Counted from the first letter of the stretch, positions 28,212 to 40,584 are shown. The stretch: DNA of 64,000 bases from Candidatus Nanopelagicales bacterium (GCA_049431945.1 JBMTDJ010000004.1:807-64806); one strand, 5' to 3'. A program made the numbers and translations. Notes: generated by a model from the letters alone, not told the origin.

Positions 28212-29051
28212 ATGACCGATCCCACCCTGGACGAGGCCGCCGACATGGAACTCTCGGCCCGCGTGGCCGCCGAGGCCGGTCAGCTCCTGCTCGAGCTGCG
28301 CGAGGCGGTCGGACCGGTCGAGGATCGTGACGCCGCCGACGCTCTGCGCAAGCGGGCCGATGCGACCTCTCACGAGCTGATCGCGTCCCGACTTGCGGCG
28401 GCGCGTCCGGACGACTCGGTTCTCAGCGAGGAGGGTGCGGATGACCCTTCACGGCTGCATGCCTCGCGCGTCTGGATTGTGGATCCCCTGGATGGCACAT
28501 GGGAGTACGGCCAGGGCCGGGCGGACTTCGCCGTCCACATTGTGCTGTGGCAGGCCGATGAGTCCGCGCCGGGCGGAGGCAGGCTGTCCGCGGGGACGGT
28601 TGACCTGCCTGCCCAGGGTCTGGCCCGCCGATCCGACGATGCACCGGTCGCCGTTCGCTCTCTTCCGGCCGACCGTCCGGCGCGGATCGTGGCCTCGCGC
28701 ACACGACCGCCAGCGGTTCTCGCGGATGTCGTCGCGGCACTGGATTCCGAACTGCGCGCGCAGGGACATGAGCACGGGGTCGAAGTCATCGACGTCGGCT
28801 CGGTCGGGGCCAAGGTCAACGAGATCCTCTCCGGACGTGCGGAGGCCTACGTTCACGACACGGGCTTCTATGAGTGGGATGTCGCTGCGCCCCTCGCCGT
28901 AGCTCACGCGCATGGGCTCGTCGCGTCGCACATCGATGGAAGGCACGTGAGCTTCAATCGCGAGCACCCGTACGTGACGGACCTCCTCGTGGGAATCCCA
29001 GACTTCGCCGAGAAACTGCGCGCGGCCATGCTGCGCGCGACGGGAGCGTGA
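28212..29051 (+). CDS. Inositol monophosphatase family protein (CysQ / 3'(2'),5'-bisphosphate nucleotidase-like)
   Basis: SEEG, WIVDPLDGTWEY and EWDVAAP motifs of the IMPase/FIG superfamily. Its stop overlaps the mfd GTG start. Confidence 0.85.
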   Translation: MTDPTLDEAADMELSARVAAEAGQLLLELREAVGPVEDRDAADALRKRADATSHELIASRLAAARPDDSVLSEEGADDPSRLHASRVWIVDPLDGTWEYGQGRADFAVHIVLWQADESAPGGGRLSAGTVDLPAQGLARRSDDAPVAVRSLPADRPARIVASRTRPPAVLADVVAALDSELRAQGHEHGVEVIDVGSVGAKVNEILSGRAEAYVHDTGFYEWDVAAPLAVAHAHGLVASHIDGRHVSFNREHPYVTDLLVGIPDFAEKLRAAMLRATGA

Positions 29052-32000
29052 CGCTCTCGGGCCTGAGTCGCGTCTTCGACGCGATCCCGGGCATCACGAC
29101 GGCGAGCGACCTCGCCGTCAAGGGCGTCGATGGAGTCCATGTCACGGCCATCCCCGAGGCCAGACCTGTGCTCGCCGGAGCACTCGGTGCGCACGCCCCT
29201 GCGGATCGCGTGCTGCTCGTCGTGACGGCCACGGCTCGGGAGGCCGAGGAGATCGCGGACGCTGTCGCGGACCAACTGGGTGAGGGCAGTGCGGTGGTCT
29301 TCCCCTCCTGGGAGACCCTGCCGCACGAACGTCTGAGTCCTGCCGCGGATACCTCCGGTGGACGCGTGCAGGTCCTGCGGCGTATCGCTCACCCCGAAGC
29401 CGGTGATCCTCTCCGTGTCGTCTGCGCACCCGTCCGATCGGTCCTGCAGCCGCTGGTCCGGGGCCTCGCCGACGTCGAGCCGATCCTTCTCGAGGAGGGG
29501 ATGGACATCGACCTCGATGACCTGGCGGCGCAGTTGGTCCTCAGGGGATATCAACGGACTGATCTCGTCGAGCGGCGGGGGGAGTTCGCGCTTCGCGGGG
29601 GCATCATCGACGTGTTTCCCACGACGGCCGATCAGCCGGCCCGCGTCGAACTGTGGGGAGACACGATCGAGGAAGTTCGCGACTTTTCGGTGACCGACCA
29701 GCGCTCGCGTCACCATATCGGCCGCACCATGCTCGAGCCGGCCCGCGAACTCCTCCTTACGGCGGATGTTCGCGCCCGGGCTGCGGCCCTCGCGGCTGCC
29801 CACCCGGGGGCTGCCGATGTGCTCGGCCGTGTCGCCGAGGGCATCGCCGTCGAAGGGATGGAGGCCTTCGCCGGCGTGCTGGCCGAGGGCATGGAGCTCC
29901 TCGTCGACATCCTCCCGCGGGGGTCGGTGGTGCTGCTGTGCGATCCCGAGCGAATCCGATCGCGCGCGGACGACCTGGTCCGGACGTCCCAGGAGTTCCT
30001 CGAGGCCTCGTGGCACGGGGCCGCTGCGGGAGCAGCCTCGCCCCTGACGGTCGATGACCTCGATCTCGCGGCGGCGGCGTATCGCTCCGTCGGCGAGGTG
30101 GAATCCGCAGCACGGGCTAGGGGGGCTGTCTGGACGACAGACACCTTCGCGCGCGAGGGTGACGATGTCACCATCGACGCCAGGCCACTGCCGGACCGTC
30201 GGGGCGGACTGGCAGAGGTCCTCGCGGACATCCGCGGATGGCTGGAGTCCGGACGCCGTGTCGTGGTGCTCGCCGACGGACCCGGCTCAGCCGAGCGCAT
30301 CGCTACCTCGCTGTCCGACGAGGGCATTGCCGCTGTGCTCTCGCACGATCTGAGCGCTGCGCAGGGAGTGGCAGTCACCTCGGCCCGGTGGCGCGGCGGC
30401 TTCGACTCCCCAGGCGCGGGCGTGGTCCTCATCACGGAGGACGATCTCTTCGGCCAGCGGTCGCCCGTGCGCGATGCGGCGCGTATGCCCTCGCGCAGGC
30501 GACGCACGATCGATCCGCTTCAGCTCGTCCCCGGAGACTTCATCGTCCACGAGCAGCACGGCGTCGGACGGTATGTCGAGATGATCCAGCGCACCGTGGG
30601 CTCGGCCACGCGCGAGTATCTCGTCATCGAGTACGCCGCTTCCAGGCGCGGTCAGCCGCCGGACCGGCTCTATGTGCCGAGTGATCAGCTCGACCAGGTG
30701 ACACGGTACGTCGGCGGGGAGGCTCCGTCGCTGAGCAAGCTCGGGGGGTCGGACTGGCAGCGCACGAAGGCGCGCGCTCGACGAGCGGTGCGCGAGATCG
30801 CCGATGAGCTCGTGCGCCTCTACGCGGCAAGGCAGGCCACGTCGGGGTACGCCTTTGGTCCGGATACTCCGTGGCAGCACGAATTGGAGGAGGCCTTCCC
30901 CTACGTGGAGACGCCTGATCAACTCGCGAGCATCGACGAGGTCAAGGCCGACATGGAGCGCGCCATCCCCATGGATCGGGTCATCTGCGGGGACGTGGGC
31001 TACGGCAAGACCGAGATCGCCGTGCGTGCGGCCTTCAAGGCCGTGCAGGACGGCAAGCAGGTGGCCGTCCTTGTCCCGACCACCCTGCTCGTCCAGCAGC
31101 ATCTGCGCACATTCAGTGAGCGCTATGCGCCCTTTCCCCTGCGCGTTGCCGCCCTCTCTCGCTTCCAGACCGATGCCGAGGCCAAGCGCACTCTCGAAGG
31201 TCTCGCCGACGGCACTATCGATGTGGTGATCGGGACTCATCGCATGCTCACGCCGAACGTGCGGTTCAAGGATCTCGGACTGCTCATCGTCGATGAGGAG
31301 CAGCGATTCGGCGTCGAGCACAAGGAGCACATCAAGGCGTTGAGGACCTCTGTGGACGTGCTCACCATGTCTGCGACGCCGATTCCGCGAACCCTCGAGA
31401 TGTCGCTGACCGGCATCCGGGAGATGTCCACGATCCAGACTCCCCCGGAGGAGCGGCATCCCATCCTCACCTATGTCGGGGGGTATGACGACAAGCAGGT
31501 GGCCGCGGCGATCCATCGCGAACTCATACGAGATGGACAGGTCTTCTTCATTCACAATCGCGTGGAGTCGATCGACCGCGTCGCCAGTCGCCTGCGCGAC
31601 CTGGTCCCCGAAGCGCGAGTCGCCGTGGCCCACGGTCAGATGAACGAGCATGAGCTCGAACGCATCGTGTTCGACTTCTGGGAGCGACGCATCGACGTGC
31701 TCGTGGCCACCACGATCGTCGAGAACGGGATCGACATCCCGAATGCCAACACGCTCATCATCGACCGCGCCGATGCGCTCGGTCTCTCCCAGCTTCACCA
31801 GTTGCGAGGCAGGGTGGGACGGGGTCGTGAGCGTGGCTACGCGTACCTGCTCTATCCGCCGGAGCGACCGCTCACCGAGACGGCGTACGCGCGGTTGTCC
31901 ACCGTCGCCCAGCACTCCGATCTCGGCTCAGGCATGCAGATCGCCCTCAAGGACCTGGAGATTCGTGGCGCCGGCAACCTCCTCGGCGGTGAGCAAAGCG

Positions 32001-32542
32001 GCCACATCGCGGAGGTCGGGTTCGACCTTTACGTCCGGCTCGTCGGAGAGGCCCTCGCCCAGGCGAGAGGAGACGACTCGGCAGCGCCCCTGGAGGTCAA
32101 GATTGAACTTCCCCTCGACGCGCACATCCCGCACGACTACGTGCCCGAGGAGCGCCTGCGGCTCGAGGCGTATCGCGGCATTGCGGCTGCCATGACCGAC
32201 GCCGACGTGGATTCCGTCGCCGAGGAACTCATCGACAGATTCGGAGCGCCGCCGGCACCCGTGGAGATCCTCCTCGCCGTGGCCCGCCTCCGTGTGCGGG
32301 CTCGCGCTGCGGGCGTGGGCGAGATCGTGCTGGCTGGGCAGCGCGTGCGCTTCCACCCCGTGGACCTCGCCGAGTCACGTCAACTGCGCCTCACGCGGCT
32401 CTACCCGGGGACCCTGGTGAAGCCGGCGGTCCGTACGATCCAGGTGCCGCGCCCGACCACCGGCTCGACCAGCGACATGGATCTGGTGGACTGGGTGCGG
32501 GACGTGCTCGATGTCCTCGATCCGTCGGAGGACGGTTCGTGA
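29048..32542 (+). CDS. mfd: Transcription-repair coupling factor Mfd
   Basis: Track ORF 28874..32542, trimmed to GTG 29048 (GTGA overlap). RNAP-interaction region ([12 protein letters not shown]), helicase motifs ([42 protein letters not shown]) and a TRG-like region. Confidence 0.96.
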   Translation: MTLSGLSRVFDAIPGITTASDLAVKGVDGVHVTAIPEARPVLAGALGAHAPADRVLLVVTATAREAEEIADAVADQLGEGSAVVFPSWETLPHERLSPAADTSGGRVQVLRRIAHPEAGDPLRVVCAPVRSVLQPLVRGLADVEPILLEEGMDIDLDDLAAQLVLRGYQRTDLVERRGEFALRGGIIDVFPTTADQPARVELWGDTIEEVRDFSVTDQRSRHHIGRTMLEPARELLLTADVRARAAALAAAHPGAADVLGRVAEGIAVEGMEAFAGVLAEGMELLVDILPRGSVVLLCDPERIRSRADDLVRTSQEFLEASWHGAAAGAASPLTVDDLDLAAAAYRSVGEVESAARARGAVWTTDTFAREGDDVTIDARPLPDRRGGLAEVLADIRGWLESGRRVVVLADGPGSAERIATSLSDEGIAAVLSHDLSAAQGVAVTSARWRGGFDSPGAGVVLITEDDLFGQRSPVRDAARMPSRRRRTIDPLQLVPGDFIVHEQHGVGRYVEMIQRTVGSATREYLVIEYAASRRGQPPDRLYVPSDQLDQVTRYVGGEAPSLSKLGGSDWQRTKARARRAVREIADELVRLYAARQATSGYAFGPDTPWQHELEEAFPYVETPDQLASIDEVKADMERAIPMDRVICGDVGYGKTEIAVRAAFKAVQDGKQVAVLVPTTLLVQQHLRTFSERYAPFPLRVAALSRFQTDAEAKRTLEGLADGTIDVVIGTHRMLTPNVRFKDLGLLIVDEEQRFGVEHKEHIKALRTSVDVLTMSATPIPRTLEMSLTGIREMSTIQTPPEERHPILTYVGGYDDKQVAAAIHRELIRDGQVFFIHNRVESIDRVASRLRDLVPEARVAVAHGQMNEHELERIVFDFWERRIDVLVATTIVENGIDIPNANTLIIDRADALGLSQLHQLRGRVGRGRERGYAYLLYPPERPLTETAYARLSTVAQHSDLGSGMQIALKDLEIRGAGNLLGGEQSGHIAEVGFDLYVRLVGEALAQARGDDSAAPLEVKIELPLDAHIPHDYVPEERLRLEAYRGIAAAMTDADVDSVAEELIDRFGAPPAPVEILLAVARLRVRARAAGVGEIVLAGQRVRFHPVDLAESRQLRLTRLYPGTLVKPAVRTIQVPRPTTGSTSDMDLVDWVRDVLDVLDPSEDGS

Positions 32543-32582
32543 TGAGCACACATGTGATCGGGCGCGAGGAAGCAGGAGAATC

Positions 32583-33236
32583 GTGAAGGTGCAGTCCGGG
32601 AGCGGAGCGGTGCGAGCGGCACGACGTCTCGTCGTAGCGGCGGTGGCCATCCTCGCGCTAGCGGGTTGCTCCGGCCTCGGGCAGGCCGGAGCGGCGGCCG
32701 ATGTCGGTGCCGTCCAGATCTCGACAGAGACCCTCGCCGGCGATGTCGCAGCGGTGCAGGAGCAGCGGGGCGTGGCCGCGGGCACCGCGGATACGGCGCT
32801 CACCTTGAGCGTGCTCCAACGCTTGATCATCACCGAACTTGTCGACCAAGCCACCTCCGCGCAGGGCGTCACGGTGACGCAGGGCCAGATCGATGCCGCG
32901 AAAGCTCAGCTCGAGGCGCAGTTCGGCGGACCTGACGCACTCGTTGCCGCCTACCTTGACGCTGACGTGCCTGTCTCGGGGATCTTGCGCCAGGTCGAAC
33001 TCTCGCTCCAGGTGCAGCAACTCGGCGCCACGCTCGTTCCGGATGCGGACCCCACGGGTCAGCAGCAGGCGGTGCTCCAGTACGTCACCGGCTTCGGGAT
33101 TCAGGAGGGAATCGCCGTCAGCCCGCGCTTCGGCACGTGGGATGCGGGCGCCCTCAGGATCGGGCCGCTGCCGAGCGACCTCTCCACCGCGGTCGAGGTC
33201 GCAGATCCCCTCGCTGAGCTGGTCCCGGCTCCGTAG
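32583..33236 (+). CDS. Lipoprotein with SurA-N/PpiC-chaperone-like helical domain
   Basis: Track ORF 32511..33236, trimmed to GTG 32583. Signal peptide with lipobox LALAGC. The remainder is helical and Gln/Ala-rich. Confidence 0.7.
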   Translation: MKVQSGSGAVRAARRLVVAAVAILALAGCSGLGQAGAAADVGAVQISTETLAGDVAAVQEQRGVAAGTADTALTLSVLQRLIITELVDQATSAQGVTVTQGQIDAAKAQLEAQFGGPDALVAAYLDADVPVSGILRQVELSLQVQQLGATLVPDADPTGQQQAVLQYVTGFGIQEGIAVSPRFGTWDAGALRIGPLPSDLSTAVEVADPLAELVPAP

Positions 33237-33245
33237 GCTCGCGCC

Positions 33246-33896
33246 ATGGCGGAGTCCGGGGACGGTGTCGTCGAACTCATCGAGGTCATGGACCGGCTCC
33301 GGTCGCCCGGAGGATGCCCGTGGGATGCGCGACAGACGCACCGCAGTCTCGTCGAGTACCTCCTCGAGGAGGCCTATGAGACGGCGGAAGCGATCGAGGT
33401 CGGCGACCGAGACGACATGCGCGAGGAGCTCGGTGACCTGCTCCTCCAGGTCGTTTTCCATGCCCGAATAGCCCAGGAGCATCCCGATGATCCCTGGGAC
33501 ATCGATGACATCGCGCGCGGAATCTCGGCGAAGTTGGTACGTCGCCATCCGCATGTCTTCGACGATGCGTCCGGCGCGCTGACGTCTGCGGAGCAGGTCG
33601 AGTCGCAGTGGCACGACCTCAAGGCGCAGGAGAAGGGCCGAGCCTCGGTGACCGAGGGCATCCCGGAGGCGCTGCCCGCGCTGCTGCGGGCCGCCAAGGT
33701 CCTCTCGCGAAGCGAGCGGCTTGATGTGGCCGTGCCCGGGGCTCCGGTGCCCGACATCGCAGACGAGGAGGCGCTGGGCGACATTCTGCTGGCGATCGTG
33801 GCGGCAGGACGTCGGCGGGGCTGGGACGCTGAGGCTGCGCTTCGTGATGCGGTACGCCGTCAAGTGCAGCGCATCCGCGACGCGGAGGGCGCGTGA
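33246..33896 (+). CDS. mazG: Nucleoside triphosphate pyrophosphohydrolase MazG
   Basis: LRSPGGCPWDARQTH.SL..YLLEEAYE..EAIE and ELGDLLLQVVFHA are MazG EExxE motifs. Confidence 0.93.
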   Translation: MAESGDGVVELIEVMDRLRSPGGCPWDARQTHRSLVEYLLEEAYETAEAIEVGDRDDMREELGDLLLQVVFHARIAQEHPDDPWDIDDIARGISAKLVRRHPHVFDDASGALTSAEQVESQWHDLKAQEKGRASVTEGIPEALPALLRAAKVLSRSERLDVAVPGAPVPDIADEEALGDILLAIVAAGRRRGWDAEAALRDAVRRQVQRIRDAEGA

Positions 33897-35515
33897 GCGC
33901 ATCTGACGATCTCAGCACGGTGGCGGCGCGGGCACGCGACGTCATCTTTGACTTCGACCCCGTGCGTGCCACGTCCTCGGGAGTGCATGATCGCGACAGT
34001 CTCCTTCCGGACTTCGGACGCGACTCCGTCGATGCGCACGTGCGAGCGGTCGACGACGTCCTCACGGCCATCGACGGCATCGACGATCTTGACTTGGCGG
34101 TCGATGAGCAGGTGGATCTGGAGATCCTGCGCGGGCACCTCGTCGCGAGAGCGTTCGATCTCACCGAGATCGCCCGCCATACATGGGATCCACTGACATG
34201 GGATCCGGCCAGCGGTCTGCACGCCTTGGCGATTCGCGACTTCGCCCCCGCCTCCGATCGCCTGGCAAGCGCGAACGCTCGGCTCGCAGCGGTGCCGGAG
34301 TTCCTCGACATGGCCGAGAGGACCCTCGGCGAGATGTCGGCTGTCCACGTCGAGACGGCCATGCAAAGGCTCAGTGGATTCGATGCCGTCCTCGACGAAC
34401 TCAGCGACCTTGGGCCGCTCGACTCCGATGCGGTGGACGCGGCGCGCACTGCCGTTGCTGTCCATGGACGGTGGCTCTCGGACCGTCTGTCGGCGGCTCG
34501 GCGTGATCCTCGGTTCGGAGTGCGGCTCTATAGCGCTTCGGTGTGGCACCACCTGGACGAGGAGATCGCCCCCGTTCAGGTGCTCGAACGTGCCGAGGCC
34601 CACCTCGACCATGTCACCGCTCGCCTGCGGGAGGTCTCCGCGGAGTACCTGGATGAGTCTGGACGTTCGCCTGATGTCGTACGCCGTGCGCTCGCCCGAG
34701 CAGCCGTCGTCGATGCTGACGATGTCGTGCCCGCCATCGAGTCGGCCCTGAAGCGGGCTGAGCAATTCGTCAGGGACCACGACCTGCTCACGGTTCCACA
34801 CGAGGTGATCCGGGTCGGGGACATGCCGCGGATCCACCGCGGCGTTGCCGTGGCCTACTGCGACGCCCCGGGCCCCTTGGAGCCCGTCGGCGCCCCGACC
34901 TACGTGGCCGTCGCTCCGCCCCCTGACGCCTGGTCAGCCGATCAGGTCGCGTCGTTCCTGCGCGAATACAACGCCGATCTCCTCCACGACCTCACCGTCC
35001 ACGAGGCAATGCCCGGTCATGCCGTCCAGCTCGCGCGCGCACGCCTGTCCACGTCGTCGTCGTTGGTCCGTCGGATTGCCCCGTCTGGTGTGTTCATCGA
35101 GGGGTGGGCGGTCTACGCCGAGGAGCTCATGGCGGATCGCGGCTATCTCCCGGACGACCAGCCCGGTGCTGACCTCCGGCTACGGCTCCAGCAACTCAAG
35201 ATGCAGGCGCGCATGACCCTCAACGCGATCCTCGATGCGCGAGTCCATGGCGGTGACATCGATGAGGTCGGGGCGATAGAACTCCTTCGCCGTCGGGGCT
35301 TCCAGGAACAGTCCGAGGCGGCCGGCAAGTGGCGTAGGGCCCTGCTTACCGCGGGGCAGTTGCCCACCTACTTCGTCGGCTGGTGGGGCGTTCGAGAGCT
35401 CATCGACGACCTCAGGGTGCTGCACCCGGACTGGACTGATCGCGCGATCCATGACCTCGTGCTCGATCAGGGATCCATCGGTCCACGCCACCTGCGGGCC
35501 ACCCTGGGACTGTGA
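33893..35515 (+). CDS. DUF885-domain protein (putative metallopeptidase-like)
   Basis: GTGA overlap with mazG. 540 aa. HEAMPGHAVQ (HExxGH-like), EGWAVYAEELM and a C-terminal block typical of DUF885. Confidence 0.82.
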   Translation: MSASDDLSTVAARARDVIFDFDPVRATSSGVHDRDSLLPDFGRDSVDAHVRAVDDVLTAIDGIDDLDLAVDEQVDLEILRGHLVARAFDLTEIARHTWDPLTWDPASGLHALAIRDFAPASDRLASANARLAAVPEFLDMAERTLGEMSAVHVETAMQRLSGFDAVLDELSDLGPLDSDAVDAARTAVAVHGRWLSDRLSAARRDPRFGVRLYSASVWHHLDEEIAPVQVLERAEAHLDHVTARLREVSAEYLDESGRSPDVVRRALARAAVVDADDVVPAIESALKRAEQFVRDHDLLTVPHEVIRVGDMPRIHRGVAVAYCDAPGPLEPVGAPTYVAVAPPPDAWSADQVASFLREYNADLLHDLTVHEAMPGHAVQLARARLSTSSSLVRRIAPSGVFIEGWAVYAEELMADRGYLPDDQPGADLRLRLQQLKMQARMTLNAILDARVHGGDIDEVGAIELLRRRGFQEQSEAAGKWRRALLTAGQLPTYFVGWWGVRELIDDLRVLHPDWTDRAIHDLVLDQGSIGPRHLRATLGL

Positions 35516-36838
<1,323 letters not shown>

Positions 36839-36850
36839 GAGCATGGACGG

Positions 36851-37228
36851 GTGTCCGCGACCCGTCCTGCCCTCACTGGGCGCGCGGCCATCCTCGTCCT
36901 CGTGCTGGCCGCCCTCGTGGTCACGCTCGCCATTCCCCTGCGGGCCTGGCTGGCCCAGCGCTCGGAGATCGCCGCCCTCGAGGCCGATGTCGCGGCAGCG
37001 CACGAGCGGGTGGCTGACCTGGAAGCCGAACTCCAGGACTGGGAGGACCCGGCCTTCATCGTCGCCCAGGCGCGCAGCCGACTGCACTTCGTCTTCCCGG
37101 GCGAGGTGGGTTACGTCGTGCTGGGCGAAGATGATCGTCCCGTCGTCGCGAGCGAGACCGAGTCGACAGACGCCACCCCCTGGTATTCGCGACTGTGGGA
37201 GTCCGCGCGCCAGGCCGATCGCTCGTGA
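36851..37228 (+). CDS. ftsB: Septum formation initiator FtsB/DivIC family protein
   Basis: N-terminal TM helix followed by a coiled coil (IAALEADVAAAHERVADLEAELQDWEDPAFIVAQAR). Same position as Rv1024 after eno. Confidence 0.85.
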   Translation: MSATRPALTGRAAILVLVLAALVVTLAIPLRAWLAQRSEIAALEADVAAAHERVADLEAELQDWEDPAFIVAQARSRLHFVFPGEVGYVVLGEDDRPVVASETESTDATPWYSRLWESARQADRS

Positions 37229-37719
37229 TTGACCAGACCGACCTCGAGGCGATCACGCAGCAACTCGGACGCGAGCCGCGTGACATCGTCCGTGTCGCGC
37301 ATCGATGCCCCTGCGGACGACCGGACGTCGTGGTCACCGCGCCGAGATTGTCCGACGGCACTCCCTTCCCGACGACCTACTACCTGACATGTCCACGTGC
37401 CGCCTCGGCGGTGGGTCGACTCGAGGGAAGTGGTGTCATGCGACAGATGGAGGCGGGGCTCGAGGCGGACCCCGACCTGCGAGAGGGGTATGCGGCCGCG
37501 CACATGGACTATCTGGCGGCCCGCGACGTGCTTGGCGACGTACCTGAGATCGCCGGTATCTCCGCCGGTGGCATGCCCGATCGGGTGAAGTGCCTCCACG
37601 TCCTGCTCGCCCACGCCCTTGCCGCCGGCCCGGGTATCAATCCGCTGGGAGATCGGACTCGTGAACTCGTAGGGGAATGGTGGCAGGGCCACTCCTGCGC
37701 AGAGGACGGAGCGGGATGA
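37225..37719 (+). CDS. DUF501-domain protein
   Basis: Trimmed to GTG 37225 (GTGA overlap with ftsB). CPCGRPDVV...FPTTYYLTCP and KCLH motifs. Same position as Rv1025. Confidence 0.82.
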   Translation: MIDQTDLEAITQQLGREPRDIVRVAHRCPCGRPDVVVTAPRLSDGTPFPTTYYLTCPRAASAVGRLEGSGVMRQMEAGLEADPDLREGYAAAHMDYLAARDVLGDVPEIAGISAGGMPDRVKCLHVLLAHALAAGPGINPLGDRTRELVGEWWQGHSCAEDGAG

Positions 37720-38636
37720 GGGTCGCGGCAATCGACTGCGGAACCAACAGCATCCGTCTGCTCATCGCCGACGTGGAGGGATCGGCCTTGACGGAGGTTG
37801 TGCGCGAGATGACCGTCGTGCGCCTGGGTGAGGGGGTTGATCGCACCGGATCGTTCTCGTCGGCTGCACTCGAGCGCACCTTCGTCGCCTGCGACGACTA
37901 TGCGCGCACGATCGAACGAGCCGGCGTCGAGCGACGAAGATTCGTCGCGACCAGTGCCAGCCGCGATGTGAGCAATCGAGCCGAGTTCGTCGCGGGCGTC
38001 CTCGACAGGCTCGGTGTTGAACCCGAGGTCATCAGCGGAGGTGAGGAGGCCCGCCTGTCCTTCCGTGGGGCGGTCGAGGGACTCAACAGCGCCGCGCTGG
38101 CGCGCCCCCACCTCGTCGTCGATATCGGCGGAGGATCGACGGAGTTCGTCCTCGGGGACGCCAATCCCACGGCGGCTGTGTCGGTGAACATCGGTTGCGT
38201 GCGCATGACCGAGCGCCACCTGCACACCGACCCCCCGACGGACGTCGAGATCGCACGCGTCGAGGCCGACATCGCCGACGCCCTGGACCAGGCTGCGCGC
38301 GACGTAGCCCTGAACGATGCCCGCTCCCTCATCGGGGTCGCGGGGACCGTGACCACCGTCGTGGCGATCGTGCACGACCTACCGGCCTACGACCCTGCGC
38401 TCATCCATGGACTGCGCGCCGATCTGGATCAGGTCGAGGCTGTGACCGCCCGGTTGCTGGCCATGTCCAGGGCGGAGCGGGCGGGCATGCCGGTCATGCA
38501 TCCGGGCCGGGTGGATGTCATCGGCGGGGGAGCCCTCGTTCTCCGCGCCATCATGCGACGCACGGGCCTGCCCGTGGTGGCCAGCGAGACCGACATCCTT
38601 GACGGAGTGGCCAGGTCCCTGGCCGACGGCAACTGA
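37716..38636 (+). CDS. ppx: Exopolyphosphatase / guanosine pentaphosphate phosphohydrolase family (Ppx/GppA)
   Basis: Trimmed to ATG 37716 (ATGA overlap). VAAIDCGTNSIRLLIA, ATSASRD and VVDIGGGSTEFV are ASKHA-fold motifs. Confidence 0.93.
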   Translation: MRVAAIDCGTNSIRLLIADVEGSALTEVVREMTVVRLGEGVDRTGSFSSAALERTFVACDDYARTIERAGVERRRFVATSASRDVSNRAEFVAGVLDRLGVEPEVISGGEEARLSFRGAVEGLNSAALARPHLVVDIGGGSTEFVLGDANPTAAVSVNIGCVRMTERHLHTDPPTDVEIARVEADIADALDQAARDVALNDARSLIGVAGTVTTVVAIVHDLPAYDPALIHGLRADLDQVEAVTARLLAMSRAERAGMPVMHPGRVDVIGGGALVLRAIMRRTGLPVVASETDILDGVARSLADGN

Positions 38637-38654
38637 ACCGAGTCGCCCTGCGCC

Positions 38655-38686
38655 GATTCCGCCCTGCGTCGATTACGGGCGGAATC
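38655..38686 (+). terminator. Stem-loop GATTCCGCCC-(12 nt)-GGGCGGAATC downstream of ppx
   Basis: Perfect 10-bp stem read directly, 18 nt after the ppx stop. There is no U-tract, as is common for actinobacterial terminators. Confidence 0.5.
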
Positions 38687-38727
38687 CATGCACCACCCCG
38701 TTCGGCGAGCCGGGGCGGCCGAATTCG

Positions 38728-38741
38728 TGTAAGCGATTGCG
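38728..38741. promoter_or_regulatory. LacI/cre-like operator candidate TGTAAGCGATTGCG
   Basis: Matches 9 of the 10 fixed positions of the generic LacI-family pattern TGnAAnCGnTTnCA. It lies 113 nt upstream of the LacI-family gene start. Symmetry is imperfect. Confidence 0.35.
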
Positions 38742-38853
38742 GGACCCTCGTCGTGCGCCGTACACTCCAGATCCAGTCCGGTTCCGGTTCGTGCCGGAGC
38801 GTTGCAGTATCCGACCTTGCCGTTTCCTGACGGACGCGGAGCGGAGGGGAAGC

Positions 38854-39870
38854 GTGTCGATCACCATCCGCGATGTCGCCCAGGCGGCCGGCGTCTCTAC
38901 GGCGACCGTGTCGCGGGCACTGCGCGGACTGCCCCACGTGGACCCGGAGACGCGTGAGAGGGTCCGCAAGGTTGCGGCCGAGCTCGACTACGTCGTGTCG
39001 CCCAGCGCCTCCCGCCTCGCCAGCGGCCGGACGGGCACCGTCGCAGTGATCACGCCCTTCATCGACCGGTGGTTCTTCTCCACCGTCCTCTCGGGCATCA
39101 GCGACGTACTCCAGGAAAGCGACGTAGATCTCCTGGTGTACGAAGTCGGCGATCCGGCGACGAGCCCGGGGCTGCCTGCGGAGCGACGGCTGCGTGGCCG
39201 AGTCGACGGCGTCATCGTGGTGACTCTGCCCACCGATGCGCCACGAATCGCCGACATGCTCGAGATTGGCCTTCCCACGAGCTTCATCGGCGTCCGCTGG
39301 CCCGGTGTGCCGTCCGTCTGCATCGACGACGCCGCCGCGGGCCGAATGGCGACCCAGCACCTGATCAACCTCGGGCACGAGCGCATCGGGATCATCTCCG
39401 GACGTCCGCATGCCTCGACCTCCCAAGCCAGCCGTGCCCAGGGGTACCTCGTGGCGATGCAGGGGGCCGGGCTCGTCCCGGACGAGATCCTCGAGGCGTA
39501 CGGCTACTTCACCGTCGCGGGTGGCGAGGCAGCCATGACGTCGTTGCTGTCGCAGCCGCGGCCGCCGACCGCCGTGTTCGCGATGTCGGACGACATGGCA
39601 TTCGGCGCCATTCGAGCGCTCCAACGTCACGGCATCAGGCCCGGATCGGATATCGCCATTGCCAGCATCGACGGCCACGAGCTCTCTGAACTCCTCGACC
39701 TCACGACGGTCGGGCAACCGGTCGCCCAGATGGGGCGGATGGCCGCGGAGGCTCTGCTCACCCGCATGCTCGGTCAGGACGGGGACACCACGGAGGAGAT
39801 CACCGTGCCCACGACCCTCGTCGTGCGCGGGAGTACCGTCGCGACGGATCGGGGATCTTCGCCCATCTGA
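38854..39870 (+). CDS. LacI-family transcriptional regulator
   Basis: Track ORF 38515..39870, trimmed to GTG 38854 with SD GGAGGGGA upstream. ITIRDVAQAAGVSTATVSRALRG (HTH) followed by a periplasmic-binding-protein-like sugar-binding fold. Confidence 0.92.
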   Translation: MSITIRDVAQAAGVSTATVSRALRGLPHVDPETRERVRKVAAELDYVVSPSASRLASGRTGTVAVITPFIDRWFFSTVLSGISDVLQESDVDLLVYEVGDPATSPGLPAERRLRGRVDGVIVVTLPTDAPRIADMLEIGLPTSFIGVRWPGVPSVCIDDAAAGRMATQHLINLGHERIGIISGRPHASTSQASRAQGYLVAMQGAGLVPDEILEAYGYFTVAGGEAAMTSLLSQPRPPTAVFAMSDDMAFGAIRALQRHGIRPGSDIAIASIDGHELSELLDLTTVGQPVAQMGRMAAEALLTRMLGQDGDTTEEITVPTTLVVRGSTVATDRGSSPI

Positions 39871-39882
39871 CGCGCGTAGGCT

Positions 39883-40584
39883 GTGACCATGCCTAGCGTC
39901 GATATACCCAGCGGCACAGATGGTCTCACCGGGTATCTTGCGACTCCCGCGTCCGGACGCGGCCCGGGAGTGGTGCTCATCCAGGAATGGTGGGGCATCG
40001 TGCCGCACATCGAGTCCGTCGCCGATCGCTTGGCGGGCGCCGGATTCGTTGCGCTCGCTCCTGACCTCTTCCGCGGACAGCACACCACCGAGCCGGACGA
40101 GGCCGGCAAGCTCATGATGGGGCTTCGCGTGGAGTCCGCGGGATCGGATATTGCTGCCGCGGCCAACCACCTCGTGCGCAGCGGCCTGCTCACGAGTGCG
40201 CAGGCGGGCTGCGTCGGCTTCTGCATGGGCGGCGGCCTCGCGCTACTCGCTCCGACGGTGAGCCCGGACATTGACTGCACCGTTGGCTTCTACCCGGCGA
40301 TGCCCTGGCCCGACTACCACCCCGACTGGGCGCGCTATGCAGGCAAGGAGGCGCTGATCCACCAGTGCGAGGCCGATCTGCCGTCGACCGGTCCCGACAT
40401 CACGCGGTACGCCGAGGAGATCGCTGCACATGGCGGGGTCGCGGTCGTCGAGAGCTATCCCGGCACTCTGCACGCGTTCTTCAACGATGACCGGCCGGAG
40501 GTGCACGACGCCTCTGCATCGGCTCTTGCCTGGGCTCGCACCGTGGACTTCCTGCATCGTCGACTCGACGGACCCTTCCGCTGA
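39883..40584 (+). CDS. Dienelactone hydrolase family protein
   Basis: 233 aa. [23 protein letters not shown] (nucleophile-elbow Cys variant) and a C-terminal His block. Confidence 0.88.
   Translation: MTMPSVDIPSGTDGLTGYLATPASGRGPGVVLIQEWWGIVPHIESVADRLAGAGFVALAPDLFRGQHTTEPDEAGKLMMGLRVESAGSDIAAAANHLVRSGLLTSAQAGCVGFCMGGGLALLAPTVSPDIDCTVGFYPAMPWPDYHPDWARYAGKEALIHQCEADLPSTGPDITRYAEEIAAHGGVAVVESYPGTLHAFFNDDRPEVHDASASALAWARTVDFLHRRLDGPFR

Noticed and set aside
28904-31915. Two long antisense ORFs (370 aa and 542 aa) opposite mfd
   Set aside because: Mfd helicase motifs are unambiguous on the plus strand. The antisense products are Arg/Asp/His-rich low-information sequence.
32658-33902. 414-aa ORF antisense to the lipoprotein and mazG genes
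   Set aside because: It spans two independently supported plus-strand genes and their junction, and no motif is present.
38551-40170. 539-aa ORF antisense to the LacI and dienelactone-hydrolase genes
   Set aside because: It crosses an intergenic region and two supported genes. Its composition is Arg/Gly/His-rich junk.
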